From: Alphaproteobacteria bacterium
GTDB taxonomy: Bacteria > Pseudomonadota > Alphaproteobacteria > UBA828
Direction: 5' to 3'
Length of the DNA: 64,000 nt
Assembly: GCA_965221125.1 (NCBI GenBank)
Contig: CBDCRW010000003.1
Span: 32,001-96,000 of the forward strand
Shown here in pieces: positions 49,281-59,610 of the stretch; within the stretch, counting starts at the first letter, position 1, and every line of letters starts with the position of its first letter. Made by a program: the position numbers and the translations under genes. The notes under the pieces are model-generated. The model had not been told where the DNA came from and did no database searches. It saw only the letters and a program-made list of their open reading frames with translations.

Positions 49281-50510
49281 TCAGTCGGCGCCGGTGCCTG
49301 CCGATTGCCCGACCGCCACGCCCGTGGCCGCATCGAAGAAGTGGATGCGATCCGCCCTCGGGTGCAGCCGGACGCGCTCGCCTTCCCGCGCGCTCAACCC
49401 GCCTCCGGATCGGAGCCGCAGACGGTCGCCTTCCGTATCCACCGCCAACAGCGTCGTGTCGCCCAGTGCCTCGCGGATGCGAATGTGCCCGGCGATTCCC
49501 GGCGCGCCCAGACCGCCTAGACGAATATCGTCCGGCCGCACGCCCACATCGACGGCACCGCCGGCCGCGTCCGCCGATGCCTCGATGGCGGCCATCATCG
49601 CCGTCGGGAGTCCCTCAAGCGCATAGTCACCGATGGCGACGCGTCCGCCGCTTACTCTGGCTCGAACGATGTTCATCGGCGGCTCGCCGACGAAGGTGGC
49701 GACGAAGCGGTTGGCCGGACGGCGATAGACGTCCTCCGGCGTTCCCACCTGTTGCAGGAGGCCCTGGTGCATGATCGCGACGCGGTCGGCCATGGTCAGG
49801 GCTTCGAGCTGGTCGTGAGTGACATAGGTGGTCGTCGACTCATTGGCCCCGTGGACGCGCTTCAGCTCGATGCGCATCTCGTTGCGAAGCTCGGCCTCAA
49901 GGTGGGAGATCGGCTCGTCGAGCAGGAATACCGATGGCCGCCGGACCAGGGCGCGCGCCAGCGAAACGCGCTGCCGCACGCCGCCGCGCAGCGCGTTGCA
50001 CAGGCGCGCGTCGAGATGGGCAATGGGCTCGTCCAGCAGCGTCGCGTTGGCGTCGCGCACGAGCGCCCGGCCGAGCGAGACACGCTGGCGCTGCCCGCCG
50101 CTGAGCTGGTTGGGATGCCGCTCCAGCAGCTCGGTGATATCGAGCAACGCAGCGACCTCGCGGATGCGCTCGGCGCGTACGTTGGCGTCGAGGCCCCGCC
50201 CCGGCGCGCGCAGAGGGAACTCCAGATTGCGCCACACGGAGAGATGCGGATAGAGCGCGTAGGATTCGAAGGCCATCGCGATGTCGCGGCGCTGCGGCGG
50301 CTCGGCGGTGACGTCGTGCCCCGCGATCCAGACCCGGCCCTCGCTCGGATCCTCGATCCCCGCCACCAGCTTGAGCAGCGTCGACTTGCCGGCGCCAGAC
50401 GGCCCGAAGACCACGAGCAGCGCGCCGTCCGCGCAATGGAGGTCGACCGACGAGAGGGCGGTGTCGTCGCCATAGCTCTTGGTCACAGCGGCGAGGCGAA
50501 GGTCGCTCAT
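49281..50510 (-). CDS. ABC ATP-binding protein with duplicated signature/Walker B block (probable chimera)
   Basis: One Walker A (GPSGAGKS) but two successive RQRVSL.RALVR...LLDEPI.HL blocks. Confidence 0.75.
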   Translation of the reverse strand: MSDLRLAAVTKSYGDDTALSSVDLHCADGALLVVFGPSGAGKSTLLKLVAGIEDPSEGRVWIAGHDVTAEPPQRRDIAMAFESYALYPHLSVWRNLEFPLRAPGRGLDANVRAERIREVAALLDITELLERHPNQLSGGQRQRVSLGRALVRDANATLLDEPIAHLDARLCNALRGGVRQRVSLARALVRRPSVFLLDEPISHLEAELRNEMRIELKRVHGANESTTTYVTHDQLEALTMADRVAIMHQGLLQQVGTPEDVYRRPANRFVATFVGEPPMNIVRARVSGGRVAIGDYALEGLPTAMMAAIEASADAAGGAVDVGVRPDDIRLGGLGAPGIAGHIRIREALGDTTLLAVDTEGDRLRLRSGGGLSAREGERVRLHPRADRIHFFDAATGVAVGQSAGTGAD

Positions 50511-50511
50511 G

Positions 50512-51372
50512 TCAGCGGGCGCCTCCGCTGAAGACTTGCCGCTCCATGTAGCGATCAAGGATGGTCGCCGCGACGATGGGCAGGATGATGGCGACGAGCC
50601 CGGTCGCCGCGAGCAGCCACCAGCACGGCTCCATCTTCGCGCTCCACGCCGTGATGACGATGGGGAGCGTCTGCGCCTCGCGGAAGGTCAGCATCAGCGC
50701 CAGCAGAAAATCGTTCCAGGCGAAGATGAAGGCCAGCAGATAGGTGGCCGCGAGACCGGGCATCGCCAAGGGAAACATCACCTTCCAGATTTGCCCGAAC
50801 TTGCCGTAGCCGTCGACGGCGGCTGCGTGCTCGATGTCGGGCGGAATGCGGCGCATGAAGTCGGTGAGCAGATAGACGGTGAGCGGCAGGTTGTACCAGG
50901 TGTAGACGATGATCATGCCGAGGTGGCTGTCGAGCAGGCCGACCCAGCGGAACATCATGAAGAGCGCGATCACGGCTACGATCGGCGGCATCATGCGCTG
51001 CGAGACGATGAGGAACGAGAGATCGTTGTTCTTCATCCAGGCGTACTTGTACTCGTAGCGCGCCAACCCGTAGGCCGCGAAGGCGCCGATCACGACAGCG
51101 AGGAAAGCGCTCACCGAAGCAAAGAGGACGCTGTTGCCAAGCCCGCGCAGGAAGGCGTCCTGCCCCTCGCCGCCGAGGAATTTCCATGCCTTGAAGGTCG
51201 GCTCGCAATCCACCTCCGGCACGTAGAACGGCCCCTGGTAGATGTCCTTGGGCTTCTTGAAGGCGGTGACGGCCATCCAATAGACCGGGAAGAGCGCAAA
51301 CAGCCCCCAGATCGAGAGCATGAGGTAGCGCACGCCGGTGGCTCTTCGGCGGTCTCCGACGCCCGCACTCAT
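50512..51372 (-). CDS. Carbohydrate ABC transporter permease (MalG-like)
   Basis: RMMPP, IEHAAAVDG, FIFAWNDFL. Confidence 0.88.
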   Translation of the reverse strand: MSAGVGDRRRATGVRYLMLSIWGLFALFPVYWMAVTAFKKPKDIYQGPFYVPEVDCEPTFKAWKFLGGEGQDAFLRGLGNSVLFASVSAFLAVVIGAFAAYGLARYEYKYAWMKNNDLSFLIVSQRMMPPIVAVIALFMMFRWVGLLDSHLGMIIVYTWYNLPLTVYLLTDFMRRIPPDIEHAAAVDGYGKFGQIWKVMFPLAMPGLAATYLLAFIFAWNDFLLALMLTFREAQTLPIVITAWSAKMEPCWWLLAATGLVAIILPIVAATILDRYMERQVFSGGAR

Positions 51373-51479
51373 GCCGCAGCTCCGCGCACGGCGCCGGGCC
51401 GCATGGCGCCGGCGGGAGCATCGTCGACCAGCTCCAGCGCGCGCCGGAGCGCCCGGTTTCGCCTGTTCGTCAGCAGGCC
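51369..51479 (-). pseudogene. C-terminal remnant of the upstream operon gene (probably MalF-like permease)
   Basis: Frame GLLTNRRNRALRRALELVDDAPAGAMRPGAVRGAAA* ends in ATGA overlap with the permease; upstream part replaced by IS481 sequence. Confidence 0.45.
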
Positions 51480-51797
51480 TGCGCCGGGGTCGGGCGGCGC
51501 AGAGTGTGGGGTCGCGACGAGCGGTCCTTGAGGTCTTCGCTACCCTTGGCCCGGAAGCGCGCGGCCCACTTGCGCACGGTGCGCTCGCAGACCCTTAGGT
51601 CCGTGGCCACGGACTTAGAGGTCTACCCCTGCTCGACGACGCGGCGCACGATCTCGGCTCGACCGCGGGGCGCGAGTCTTGCATTCTTATGGACGTTCAT
51701 CCGGGGCTCGCTTCTCGGCTTGTTGACAGGCATTCAGCACCCATCAGCTTCCGAGATTCAGCCCCGGATGGATAACCCATTGAGAGTTCACAGCTAG
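51470..51797 (-). mobile_element. IS481-family remnant (left end plus truncated, interrupted transposase)
   Basis: End CTAG-C-TGTGAACTCTCAATGGGTT; from 51700 MNVHKNARLAPRGRAEIVRRVVEQG*TSKSVATDLRVCERTVRKWAARFRAKGSEDLKDRSSRPH, matching the IS481 transposase N-terminus. Confidence 0.88.
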
Positions 51798-52159
51798 TGG
51801 CGCCCTCTCGACCAGAGTTGAACGCCTGAGCCGCGTGCCTCGCCTTGCGTGAGCCGCCCGGCCGCGACCATGGTGGCCAGGGCGGCGCGGAGCGAGCGGC
51901 TGGACACCAGGTACTTGCTGATCTTGCCGGCGGGAAGCGTCGTGTCGGATCCCTTCAGCGCACCGGAAACGTATGCGCGCATCTCGGCGAACGAGCGGGG
52001 CTCGACCAGGATCGGCGCGAGCAGCGCGTCGAACTCGTCGAGACAAAGTGGCCTCTCCCACTCCACCGTGACCTTCTGCTCGAAGCTGTAGCTGCCCGCG
52101 AGCAGCACCGCGTCCGGGCCCGGCCGGCCGGCCCGCCTAGCGCGGCGCGCTTGCGCCAT
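51794..52159 (-). CDS. Hypothetical protein or 3' gene fragment
   Basis: Protein-like composition after residue ~17; stop codon is the TAG of the CTAG flanking IS481; start doubtful. Confidence 0.4.
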   Translation of the reverse strand: MAQARRARRAGRPGPDAVLLAGSYSFEQKVTVEWERPLCLDEFDALLAPILVEPRSFAEMRAYVSGALKGSDTTLPAGKISKYLVSSRSLRAALATMVAAGRLTQGEARGSGVQLWSRGRH

Positions 52160-53057
52160 GGGCCGGAACCTTCGGACTCAGTATCTCCGAGCGGGAGAGC
52201 TCCCGGTCCAGCACCTCGACGATGGCGGCTGCCAGCGCCCGGATGGCCCCGGTCGCACCGCCCGGCCTCCAGAAGAGCCCGATGTCGAAGTCGTCGAGCG
52301 CGGGCAGCTCCGCGCAAGGCGGCAGAGCGTGCAGGCTCGGCGGCACGGTGCTCGTCGAGATCGCCGTGAGACCGAGCCCGCTCTCGATCGCGGCCTGGTT
52401 GCCGGCGAGGTTGGAGCTGGAATAGACGATCCTGTAGGGGATGTCGCGCCGCTGCAGCGCGCTCAACACGCGCAGGCGGTACTGGCAGCCGTCCGGGAAC
52501 AGGACCAGGGGCAGCGGGCGTCGCGTCCGCAGATCGTGGTCCTGGCTACCGACCCAGGCCATAGGCTCGCGCCACTGATCGGTCATGTGCGCGGTGGATC
52601 GGTCGTCGTGCACCGCGAGGACGATGTCGAACTCGTTCTGGATCAGCCCGCTAATGAGGTCGCGGCTCAGCTCGCAGGTCACGTCGAGCGCGACATCCGG
52701 GTGGGACTCGGAGAACCGGCCAAGGAGCTGCGGCAGGAACGAGAGCGCGTAGTCGCTGGGTATGCCGACACGGATCGTCCCGGTCAGGATGCCGCCGTCC
52801 AGCCGCCCGACGCACTCGTCGTTCAGCGCCACGATCTGCTTGGCGTATTCGAGGACGATCTCGCCCTGCGGCGTCAGCCCGAAGGCCTTGCCGGAATTGG
52901 TGAGGATCGGCGAGCCGACGACGTGCTGAAGGCGCTGCATCTGCAGGCTCACAGCCGACTGCGAGCGGCCGATTTCCTCCCCCGTCCGCGAGAAGCTCTG
53001 CGTTCGGGCCAGCACCAGCAGGGTCCGCAAGAGGTCGATCGGGAGGATGCGTTCCAT
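52137..53057 (-). CDS. LysR family transcriptional regulator
   Basis: SFSRTG..IGRSQSAVSLQMQRL HTH, LTPQG, substrate-binding domain; AGGAGG RBS. Confidence 0.93.
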   Translation of the reverse strand: MERILPIDLLRTLLVLARTQSFSRTGEEIGRSQSAVSLQMQRLQHVVGSPILTNSGKAFGLTPQGEIVLEYAKQIVALNDECVGRLDGGILTGTIRVGIPSDYALSFLPQLLGRFSESHPDVALDVTCELSRDLISGLIQNEFDIVLAVHDDRSTAHMTDQWREPMAWVGSQDHDLRTRRPLPLVLFPDGCQYRLRVLSALQRRDIPYRIVYSSSNLAGNQAAIESGLGLTAISTSTVPPSLHALPPCAELPALDDFDIGLFWRPGGATGAIRALAAAIVEVLDRELSRSEILSPKVPAHGASAPR

Positions 53058-53103
53058 TCTGTCGTCCCTGCCCTCCTTCGTTCGCGACTCGCACGGCGAC
53101 GAT

Positions 53104-53141
53104 ATGAGACTTTCTCATGAAAGTATATTTACTATTCATGA
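53104..53141. promoter_or_regulatory. LysR-type operator in the divergent promoter
   Basis: Palindrome ATGAGA-CTT-TCTCAT (T-N11-A) at 53104-53118 and overlapping TCATGAA...TTCATGA inverted repeat in an AT-rich gap. Confidence 0.65.
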
Positions 53142-53237
53142 AGATAATCAATCGCTTGGTGTTATTGGTGGCCGGTGTCCCCTCGCAACCGGACGGTATC
53201 CATTGCCGACGGTGACGCACACGGAGACGAAGGCGCC

Positions 53238-54476
53238 GTGACCGACCCGGAAAGGATCGCCACACAAAAGCTCTGGAGCGTCGGCGAGATGCAGCGCCGC
53301 CTCGGCAATCTGCACGCGCTGATGGACGAGCGCTCGCTCGACGCCGTGATCCTGACGAGCCTGCACAACGTCCTCTACTACACCGGCTTCTTCTGTCCGC
53401 CCTTCGGCCGGCTGCACTCCGCGGTCATCCCGAGGAAGGGCGAGCCCGCGCTGATCGTCTCGCTGATTGAGGACGAGCGCCCCCAACACTGCTGCTACTA
53501 CGAGGACATCCGCCCGTTCCACGACTGGGAGATGAGCCCGCTTGAGAACAGCGTGCGGCTCTTCGGCGAGGTGCTGCACGACAACGGCATCCGAAGCGGC
53601 CGCCTCGGCTACGAGGAGGATTCCGTGTCGGTCGGCTTCAAGGCGCTGATCGACAGCGCGCTCGGCGGCTTCGCGTTCGCCGACGTGGCCTACGACACCA
53701 TGCGCCAGCGCCTGGTCAAGTCGGAGGAGGAGATCGCCCTCATCCGTCAGGGCGTCGAGATCTGCGAGGTCGGCGGCTACGCCGCTCTGGAGGCTCTGAA
53801 GCCCGGCGTCACCGAGATCGAGATGGCGCGGGCCGCCAACATCGCCATCGAGAACGAGCTCCGCCGGCGCTTCCCCGACATCGAGGTCGACAACCTCAAC
53901 ATGTGCTGGGTTCAGACCGGCCCCTACCGGAGCCGCGTCGGCCACATCATGAACGCGCACCGGGTCGTGCAGCAGGGCGAGATGATCAGCGTCAATCCCT
54001 ACGCGATCATCGGCGGCTACTACCACGTCCTGGAGCGAAGCCTCTACTGGGGGCATATCCCCGACGACGCGCTCGCGGTCTTCAAGACCAACGTCGAGGC
54101 GCATCACGCCGGGCTCCGGACGCTCCGCGCAGGCATCAGGTGCTCCGACGTCGACAAGGCGGTCAACCCCGTCTACCGGAAGGCGGGCCTGCTGGAGGGG
54201 CGTTCCTTCGGCACCGGCCACTCGGTCGGGATCATGTCGATCTGGTACGGACGCGAGGAAGGGGGCGAACTGCGCCAGTACAACGACACCGTGCTGGAAG
54301 AGAACATGGTCGTGACCATGGAGCCGATGGTGAACGTGGACGGCCTCGGCGGCTTCCGCCATCACGACATCTGCCGCATCACCGCCGACGGTATCGAGAA
54401 CCTCAACACCTTCCCGCGCGGCGTCCTGCTGGCCGGCGACGACGGGAGCCTGGAAGAGCTTTGGCTGCCCGCCTGA
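53238..54476 (+). CDS. Creatinase-like amidinohydrolase (M24 family, divergent)
   Basis: EMQRR, LTSLHNVLYYTGF, FGR, GGYY..LERS, RSFGTGHSVG....YGRE...ELR, MEPM. Confidence 0.8.
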   Translation: MTDPERIATQKLWSVGEMQRRLGNLHALMDERSLDAVILTSLHNVLYYTGFFCPPFGRLHSAVIPRKGEPALIVSLIEDERPQHCCYYEDIRPFHDWEMSPLENSVRLFGEVLHDNGIRSGRLGYEEDSVSVGFKALIDSALGGFAFADVAYDTMRQRLVKSEEEIALIRQGVEICEVGGYAALEALKPGVTEIEMARAANIAIENELRRRFPDIEVDNLNMCWVQTGPYRSRVGHIMNAHRVVQQGEMISVNPYAIIGGYYHVLERSLYWGHIPDDALAVFKTNVEAHHAGLRTLRAGIRCSDVDKAVNPVYRKAGLLEGRSFGTGHSVGIMSIWYGREEGGELRQYNDTVLEENMVVTMEPMVNVDGLGGFRHHDICRITADGIENLNTFPRGVLLAGDDGSLEELWLPA

Positions 54477-54510
54477 ACAGGGCCATCGGCCCGGCGCACC
54501 GAGCGGTGCG

Positions 54511-56571
54511 ATGACCGCCCGGCTCGCCGCCGACATCGGCGGCACCTTCACCGACCTCGTGCTGCTGGACCGGGGCGGCGGCGTGCATGTCGCGAAGACG
54601 CTTTCGACGCCGGGCGACTTCAAGGAGGGCGTGCTGGGCGGCGTCGAGCGGATTCTGTCGGATGCCGGGCCGGCGGCGGGGCAGGACATCGCGCTCGCCG
54701 ATGTCGACTACTTCGTGCACGGCGCGACCGTGGTGCTCAATGCCCTGCTGGAGCGGAAGCTGCCGCAGGCCGCGCTGGTCACCACGGCCGGGTTTCGCGA
54801 CGTGCTCGAGATCATGCGCACCAACAACCCGCGCATGTACGACCTCAAGTGGATCAAGCCGAAGCCGATCATCCCGCGCCACTTGCGCTTCGAGGTCGGC
54901 GAGCGCGTCCGCCACACCGGCGAGGTGCTGCGCCCGCTGGACGAGGCGGAGACTCGCGAGGTGGCGCTTCGGATCAAGGCGCGCGGCATCCGCTCGGTGG
55001 CGCTCTGCTTCCTCCACGCCTACGCCAACCCCGACCACGAGCGCCGCGCCCGCGAGATCATCCTGGAGGAGCACCCGAAGGCGCACGTCACGGTCTCCTC
55101 CGACGTGGCCAGCGAGCTGAGGGAGTTCGAGCGCACGTCGACGGTGGCGATCAACGCCAGCACCATCCCCATCATCTCGGCCTATCTCGACGGCTTGTCG
55201 CAGGCGCTGAGCGAGCGCGGCCTGGAGCGCGAGCTCTTCGTGATGCAGTCGAACGGCGGCGTCATCACCAGCCGCACCGCCCGATCGCTGCCGGTCCGCA
55301 CCGTGATGTCGGGGCCGGCCGGCGGCGTCGTCGGCGCCCAGTTCATCGCGAACCGCATGGGCTTGCGCGACGTGGCGACCATCGACATCGGCGGCACCAG
55401 CAGCGACATGGGCGTGATCGCCGACGGCCTCGCGCGGACGGTCGACCAGAGCGCCGTCGAGGGCTGGCCGATCATGGCGCCGACCATCGAAATCCTGGCC
55501 ATCGGCGCCGGCGGCGGCAGCATCGCCTGGGTCGACGCCGGCGGCGCGCTGCGCGTGGGGCCGCAGAGCGCCGGCGCCCGGCCCGGCCCCGCGTGCTACG
55601 GCCTCGGCGGGGCGGAGCCCACCGTCTCCGACGCCTGCGTCGCGCTCAACCGGCTGAACCCGGACTATTTTCTCGCGGGCGAAATGACGCTCGACCGCGA
55701 TGCCGCCGAGCGCGCCATCGGCGAGCACATCGCCGGGCCGCTCGGGATGGAGGTCGCGGACGCCGCCGAGGGCATCCTCCGGGTCGTCACCGCCAACATG
55801 AACAAGGCGATCCGCTCGATCCTGATTGCGCGGGGCTTCGACATCCGCAGCTTCACTCTCATGGCGTTCGGCGGCGCGGGCGGCATGGTGGCCGGCGAGC
55901 TGCTCGACATCGGCGACGTGCAGCGCCTCGTCGTGCCCAGCAATCCCGGCGCCGTCTCGGCCATCGGGATGCTCGCCACCGACCTGCGGCACGATCTCGC
56001 GCAGTCCTCCGTCCAGTCCTTCGCGGACGTCGAGTGGAGCGAGATCGGGGGCGCCCTGCAGCAGCTTCGCATTCTCGGCACGGAACGGCTCAAGCGGGAA
56101 GGCGTGGACGGCGCGGCCATGCGCTTCGACGACGCGCTCGACCTGCGCTACGTCGGCCAGGACTACTACCTGCGCGTCTACGTCGATTGCGACGACCTCG
56201 ACGGCGCGCGCATACGCGCCGATTTCGACCGGCTGCACGAGCACACCTACGGCTTCGCCAACCCCGAGTTCGAGGTCGAGATGGTCAACGCGCGGGTCTT
56301 CGCCATCGGCGCGTTCGAGCGACCGCAGCTCCCCGAGATCGCCGCCCGCGTCTCGTCCGACGGGCCGCTCCCGACGAAGGCCCGGCGCCGGGTGTTCTTC
56401 GGCGGCGCGTTCGTCGAGACGGACATCTACGACGTGACTGCGCTCCGCGCCGGCGACGAAATCGAAGGACCCTGCGTCATCGAGGATCCGCGTTCGACGA
56501 TCGTCGTCATGCCGGGCCAGACCGCGGCGGTGGATCGTTTCCGCAACCTCACCATCGAGGCTGCGGCGTGA
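54511..56571 (+). CDS. Hydantoinase/oxoprolinase subunit A
   Basis: DIGGTFTD, EFERTST, MQSNGG, SGPAGG, DIGGTS, GAGGGS, GPQSAGA.PGP.CY. Confidence 0.93.
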   Translation: MTARLAADIGGTFTDLVLLDRGGGVHVAKTLSTPGDFKEGVLGGVERILSDAGPAAGQDIALADVDYFVHGATVVLNALLERKLPQAALVTTAGFRDVLEIMRTNNPRMYDLKWIKPKPIIPRHLRFEVGERVRHTGEVLRPLDEAETREVALRIKARGIRSVALCFLHAYANPDHERRAREIILEEHPKAHVTVSSDVASELREFERTSTVAINASTIPIISAYLDGLSQALSERGLERELFVMQSNGGVITSRTARSLPVRTVMSGPAGGVVGAQFIANRMGLRDVATIDIGGTSSDMGVIADGLARTVDQSAVEGWPIMAPTIEILAIGAGGGSIAWVDAGGALRVGPQSAGARPGPACYGLGGAEPTVSDACVALNRLNPDYFLAGEMTLDRDAAERAIGEHIAGPLGMEVADAAEGILRVVTANMNKAIRSILIARGFDIRSFTLMAFGGAGGMVAGELLDIGDVQRLVVPSNPGAVSAIGMLATDLRHDLAQSSVQSFADVEWSEIGGALQQLRILGTERLKREGVDGAAMRFDDALDLRYVGQDYYLRVYVDCDDLDGARIRADFDRLHEHTYGFANPEFEVEMVNARVFAIGAFERPQLPEIAARVSSDGPLPTKARRRVFFGGAFVETDIYDVTALRAGDEIEGPCVIEDPRSTIVVMPGQTAAVDRFRNLTIEAAA

Positions 56572-56603
56572 CGGCGCGCGGCCGGCCGGGATAGAGGCAC
56601 AGC

Positions 56604-58427
56604 ATGGCCAAGGCAGTGAGCTTCGCAGCGACGGACCGGGAGGCGGCGGTCGATCCGGTCACGCTGGAAGTCGTCCGTGCCGGCCTGCACTCGATCATCA
56701 GCGAGATGTCGATCACGCTGAACCGGACCTCCTATTCGACCATCCTGCGCGAGATCAACGACTACAGCTGCGTGCTCTTCGACAGCCGGGGCCGGCTGCT
56801 GGCCCAGGCCGAGGGCATCCCGATCTTCAACGGCAGCATGAACTTCGTCGTCGATGCGGTGATGGAGAAGTTCCCGCTCTCCGAAATGCGGCAGGGAGAC
56901 ATCTTCCTCTCCAACGATCCCTACACCGCCGGCGGCACGCACAAGAACGACATCAACGTCGTCATGCCGATCTTCTGGCAGGGCGCGCTGGTGATGCTGG
57001 CGGCGAACAAGGCGCACCACCTCGATATCGGCGGCAAGGACCCCGGCAGCTGGTCGGCGGACGCGCGCAACACGTACCAGGAGGGCCTTTGCCTTCCTCC
57101 GTTGCAGCTCGCGCGCGGCGGCACGATGAACGAGGAGGTCATCGAGATCCTGATGGCCAACCTGCGCACGCCGACACTTTCCCGCGGCGATTTCTCGGCC
57201 CAGATCGCGGCCCTCAAGACGGCAGAACTGCGCACCCACGAGTGGCTGGAGAAGAACGGCGCAGACGTACTGACGCAGTCGGTCGACGCGTTGCTCGACC
57301 ACGGCGAGCGCGTCGTCCGCGCGGCGATCGAGCGGATTCCCGACGGCGTCTACAGGGCATCGGGCTTCGCCGACGGCGACGGCGTCACAGACGAGCCGAT
57401 CCCCATCGCCGTGACCGTCACGGTGGACGGCGGCGACATCCACATCGACTACACCGGCAGCGGCGCCCAGCGCGAGGGCTCGGCGGGGAACGCCCACTGG
57501 GTCGTGACCGTCTCCATGACGCGCCAGGCGATGATGTTCTTCACCGACACCGCGCTCGGCGGCAACGAGGGCTCGTACCGGCCGATCCACGTCTCGGCGC
57601 CCGCCGGCTGCGTCTTCAACCCCGAGTACCCCGCGCCGGTGACGACCGGCATGGGGAACATGGGCACGCGGCTGATCGAGCTGATCTTCCAGGCGCTGGC
57701 CGAGGTCATTCCCGAAGAGGTGATCGGCGGCACCTTCGGCTGCTTCAGCTGCATGACACTGGGCGGCAAGGACCCGGAGAGCGACGGCGAGTTCGTGCAC
57801 TTCGAGTGCTACTCCGGCGGCTGGGGCGGGCGCCACCACGCGGACGGCAACAGCGCCACCGTCTCGCTCGGCAGCGGCGATGCCTACAACATCCCCGTGG
57901 AGGTGATGGAGACCACCACGCCGATCCTGCTCTGCGAGAAGTTCGCGCTGCAGGAGCGCTCAGCCGGCGCCGGCCGGCATCGCGGCGGCTTCGGCACCGA
58001 GATCGACTACCGGATGATGGGCGAGGCCGAGCTCGCCATCGCCTTGGATCGCGAGACCTTCAAGCCCTACGGCCTCTTCGGCGGGCTGGAGGGGCAGGGC
58101 AGCGAGCTGCTGGTCGAGCCCGGCACGCCTTCGGAAGCGCGCCACGTCCGCGCGAGCGGCGTGAAGGTGGCGGAAGGCGCGCTCGTCCGCCACCGGACGG
58201 CAGGCGGGGGCGGCTATGGCCCGCCCATCGAGCGCGATCCGGCGCTCGTCGCCGAGGACTGCCTGAACGGACTGATCACGCTGAACGACGCCCGCGACCT
58301 CTATGGCGTGGCGATCGACCCCGAGACGCTTGAGGCGAACGGCGACGCCACGGCGGCGCTGCGGAAGGCCCGGCGAGGACCCGAGGACTCTTCACCACCG
58401 GCGCCCGGAAACGACCGGACGCGGTGA
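56604..58427 (+). CDS. Hydantoinase B/oxoprolinase subunit
   Basis: DPVTLEV, NDPY.AGGTH..D, HHLDIGG, YQEG, G.GRHRGG.G, AGGGGYG.P..R. Confidence 0.93.
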   Translation: MAKAVSFAATDREAAVDPVTLEVVRAGLHSIISEMSITLNRTSYSTILREINDYSCVLFDSRGRLLAQAEGIPIFNGSMNFVVDAVMEKFPLSEMRQGDIFLSNDPYTAGGTHKNDINVVMPIFWQGALVMLAANKAHHLDIGGKDPGSWSADARNTYQEGLCLPPLQLARGGTMNEEVIEILMANLRTPTLSRGDFSAQIAALKTAELRTHEWLEKNGADVLTQSVDALLDHGERVVRAAIERIPDGVYRASGFADGDGVTDEPIPIAVTVTVDGGDIHIDYTGSGAQREGSAGNAHWVVTVSMTRQAMMFFTDTALGGNEGSYRPIHVSAPAGCVFNPEYPAPVTTGMGNMGTRLIELIFQALAEVIPEEVIGGTFGCFSCMTLGGKDPESDGEFVHFECYSGGWGGRHHADGNSATVSLGSGDAYNIPVEVMETTTPILLCEKFALQERSAGAGRHRGGFGTEIDYRMMGEAELAIALDRETFKPYGLFGGLEGQGSELLVEPGTPSEARHVRASGVKVAEGALVRHRTAGGGGYGPPIERDPALVAEDCLNGLITLNDARDLYGVAIDPETLEANGDATAALRKARRGPEDSSPPAPGNDRTR

Positions 58428-58460
58428 GTTGGCGACACGAAGAAGGATGAAAGGGAGGGC

Positions 58461-59564
58461 ATGATCATGTGGAAATGGATTGCTGGTGCCGTTGCGGCCG
58501 TCGCGGTGAGCGTGCTCGCCGTCCCGGGCGCGCAGGCGGCCTTCAAGCTGGATGGAGACCCCAAGATCGCGATGCTCCAGCTCGGCACCGTCAACGACGG
58601 CGGCTGGTCCGAGGCTCTCGAGTACGCGCGGGTCAAGACCGAGGAGGCTCTCGGCGTCGAGATCGCCTACACGGAGAACATCCCGGAGGACAATTCGGAG
58701 ATCCTCAGGGCCATCGACCTCTACGTGAGCCGGGGCCACAACATCATCATCGGCACCTCGTGGGGCTATGGTGACGCCTTTCTCGAGGCGGCCACCAAGT
58801 ACCCCGACGTGGCCTTCGTGAACTGCGCCGGCGAGACCAACAACGCCACGAACCTGGAGAGCTTCTACGCGCGCAGCTACCAAGGCTGGTATCTGGCCGG
58901 GATCGTGGCCGGCCACGTGACGCAGTCCAAGAAGATCGGCGCCATCGGCGGCTATCCGCTCAGCGTGGTGAACTGGGACCTCAACGGCTTCCTGCGCGGC
59001 GCCCAGTCCGTGAATCCCGACATCGAGATGGTCGGCGTCTTCGTCAACACCTGGTACGACCCGGTGAAGGAAACGCAGGCGGCGGAGGCCCTGCTGGAGC
59101 AGGGCGTCGACGTGCTGGGCTCCAACCTGAGCACGCCGGGCCCGCACCTCGCCTTCCAGGACCAGGGCAAGTGGTCGGTCGGCTTCCAGATCGACGTGTC
59201 GGACCAGGCGCCGGACGCGGTGGCGACCTCGATGGTCTACAAGTGGGAGGCCTATCTGATCCCGACCATCTCGGCGATCATCGAAGGCACCTGGGAGCCC
59301 GGCGAATGGGGCTGGTGGGAAGGCATCGACACGGGCCTCTTCGACGTCGACCCCATCGCGTCGTGGGTGCCGGCAGCGGCGGTGGCGGACGTGGACGCGG
59401 CGCGCGCGGCGATGGTCGCGGGCACGCTCGATCCCTTCCAGGGGCCGCTGCATCGGCAGGACGGCACGCTGGAGGTGGCGGAGGGCGAGGTTCTCTCCGA
59501 CGACGGCCTCTGGGGCATGACCTACTTCGTGCAGGGCGCCATCGGCACCATGCCGGCGGAGTAG
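58461..59564 (+). CDS. BMP family ABC solute-binding protein (nucleoside/nucleobase type)
   Basis: Signal peptide; DGGW, GTSWGY, YLAGIVAG, GAQSVNP, WYDP.KE. Confidence 0.9.
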   Translation: MIMWKWIAGAVAAVAVSVLAVPGAQAAFKLDGDPKIAMLQLGTVNDGGWSEALEYARVKTEEALGVEIAYTENIPEDNSEILRAIDLYVSRGHNIIIGTSWGYGDAFLEAATKYPDVAFVNCAGETNNATNLESFYARSYQGWYLAGIVAGHVTQSKKIGAIGGYPLSVVNWDLNGFLRGAQSVNPDIEMVGVFVNTWYDPVKETQAAEALLEQGVDVLGSNLSTPGPHLAFQDQGKWSVGFQIDVSDQAPDAVATSMVYKWEAYLIPTISAIIEGTWEPGEWGWWEGIDTGLFDVDPIASWVPAAAVADVDAARAAMVAGTLDPFQGPLHRQDGTLEVAEGEVLSDDGLWGMTYFVQGAIGTMPAE

Positions 59565-59610
59565 GCCCGACCCGGTAGGTCCCTTCCCCGGACCATGCCA
59601 TTGTAGCGGG

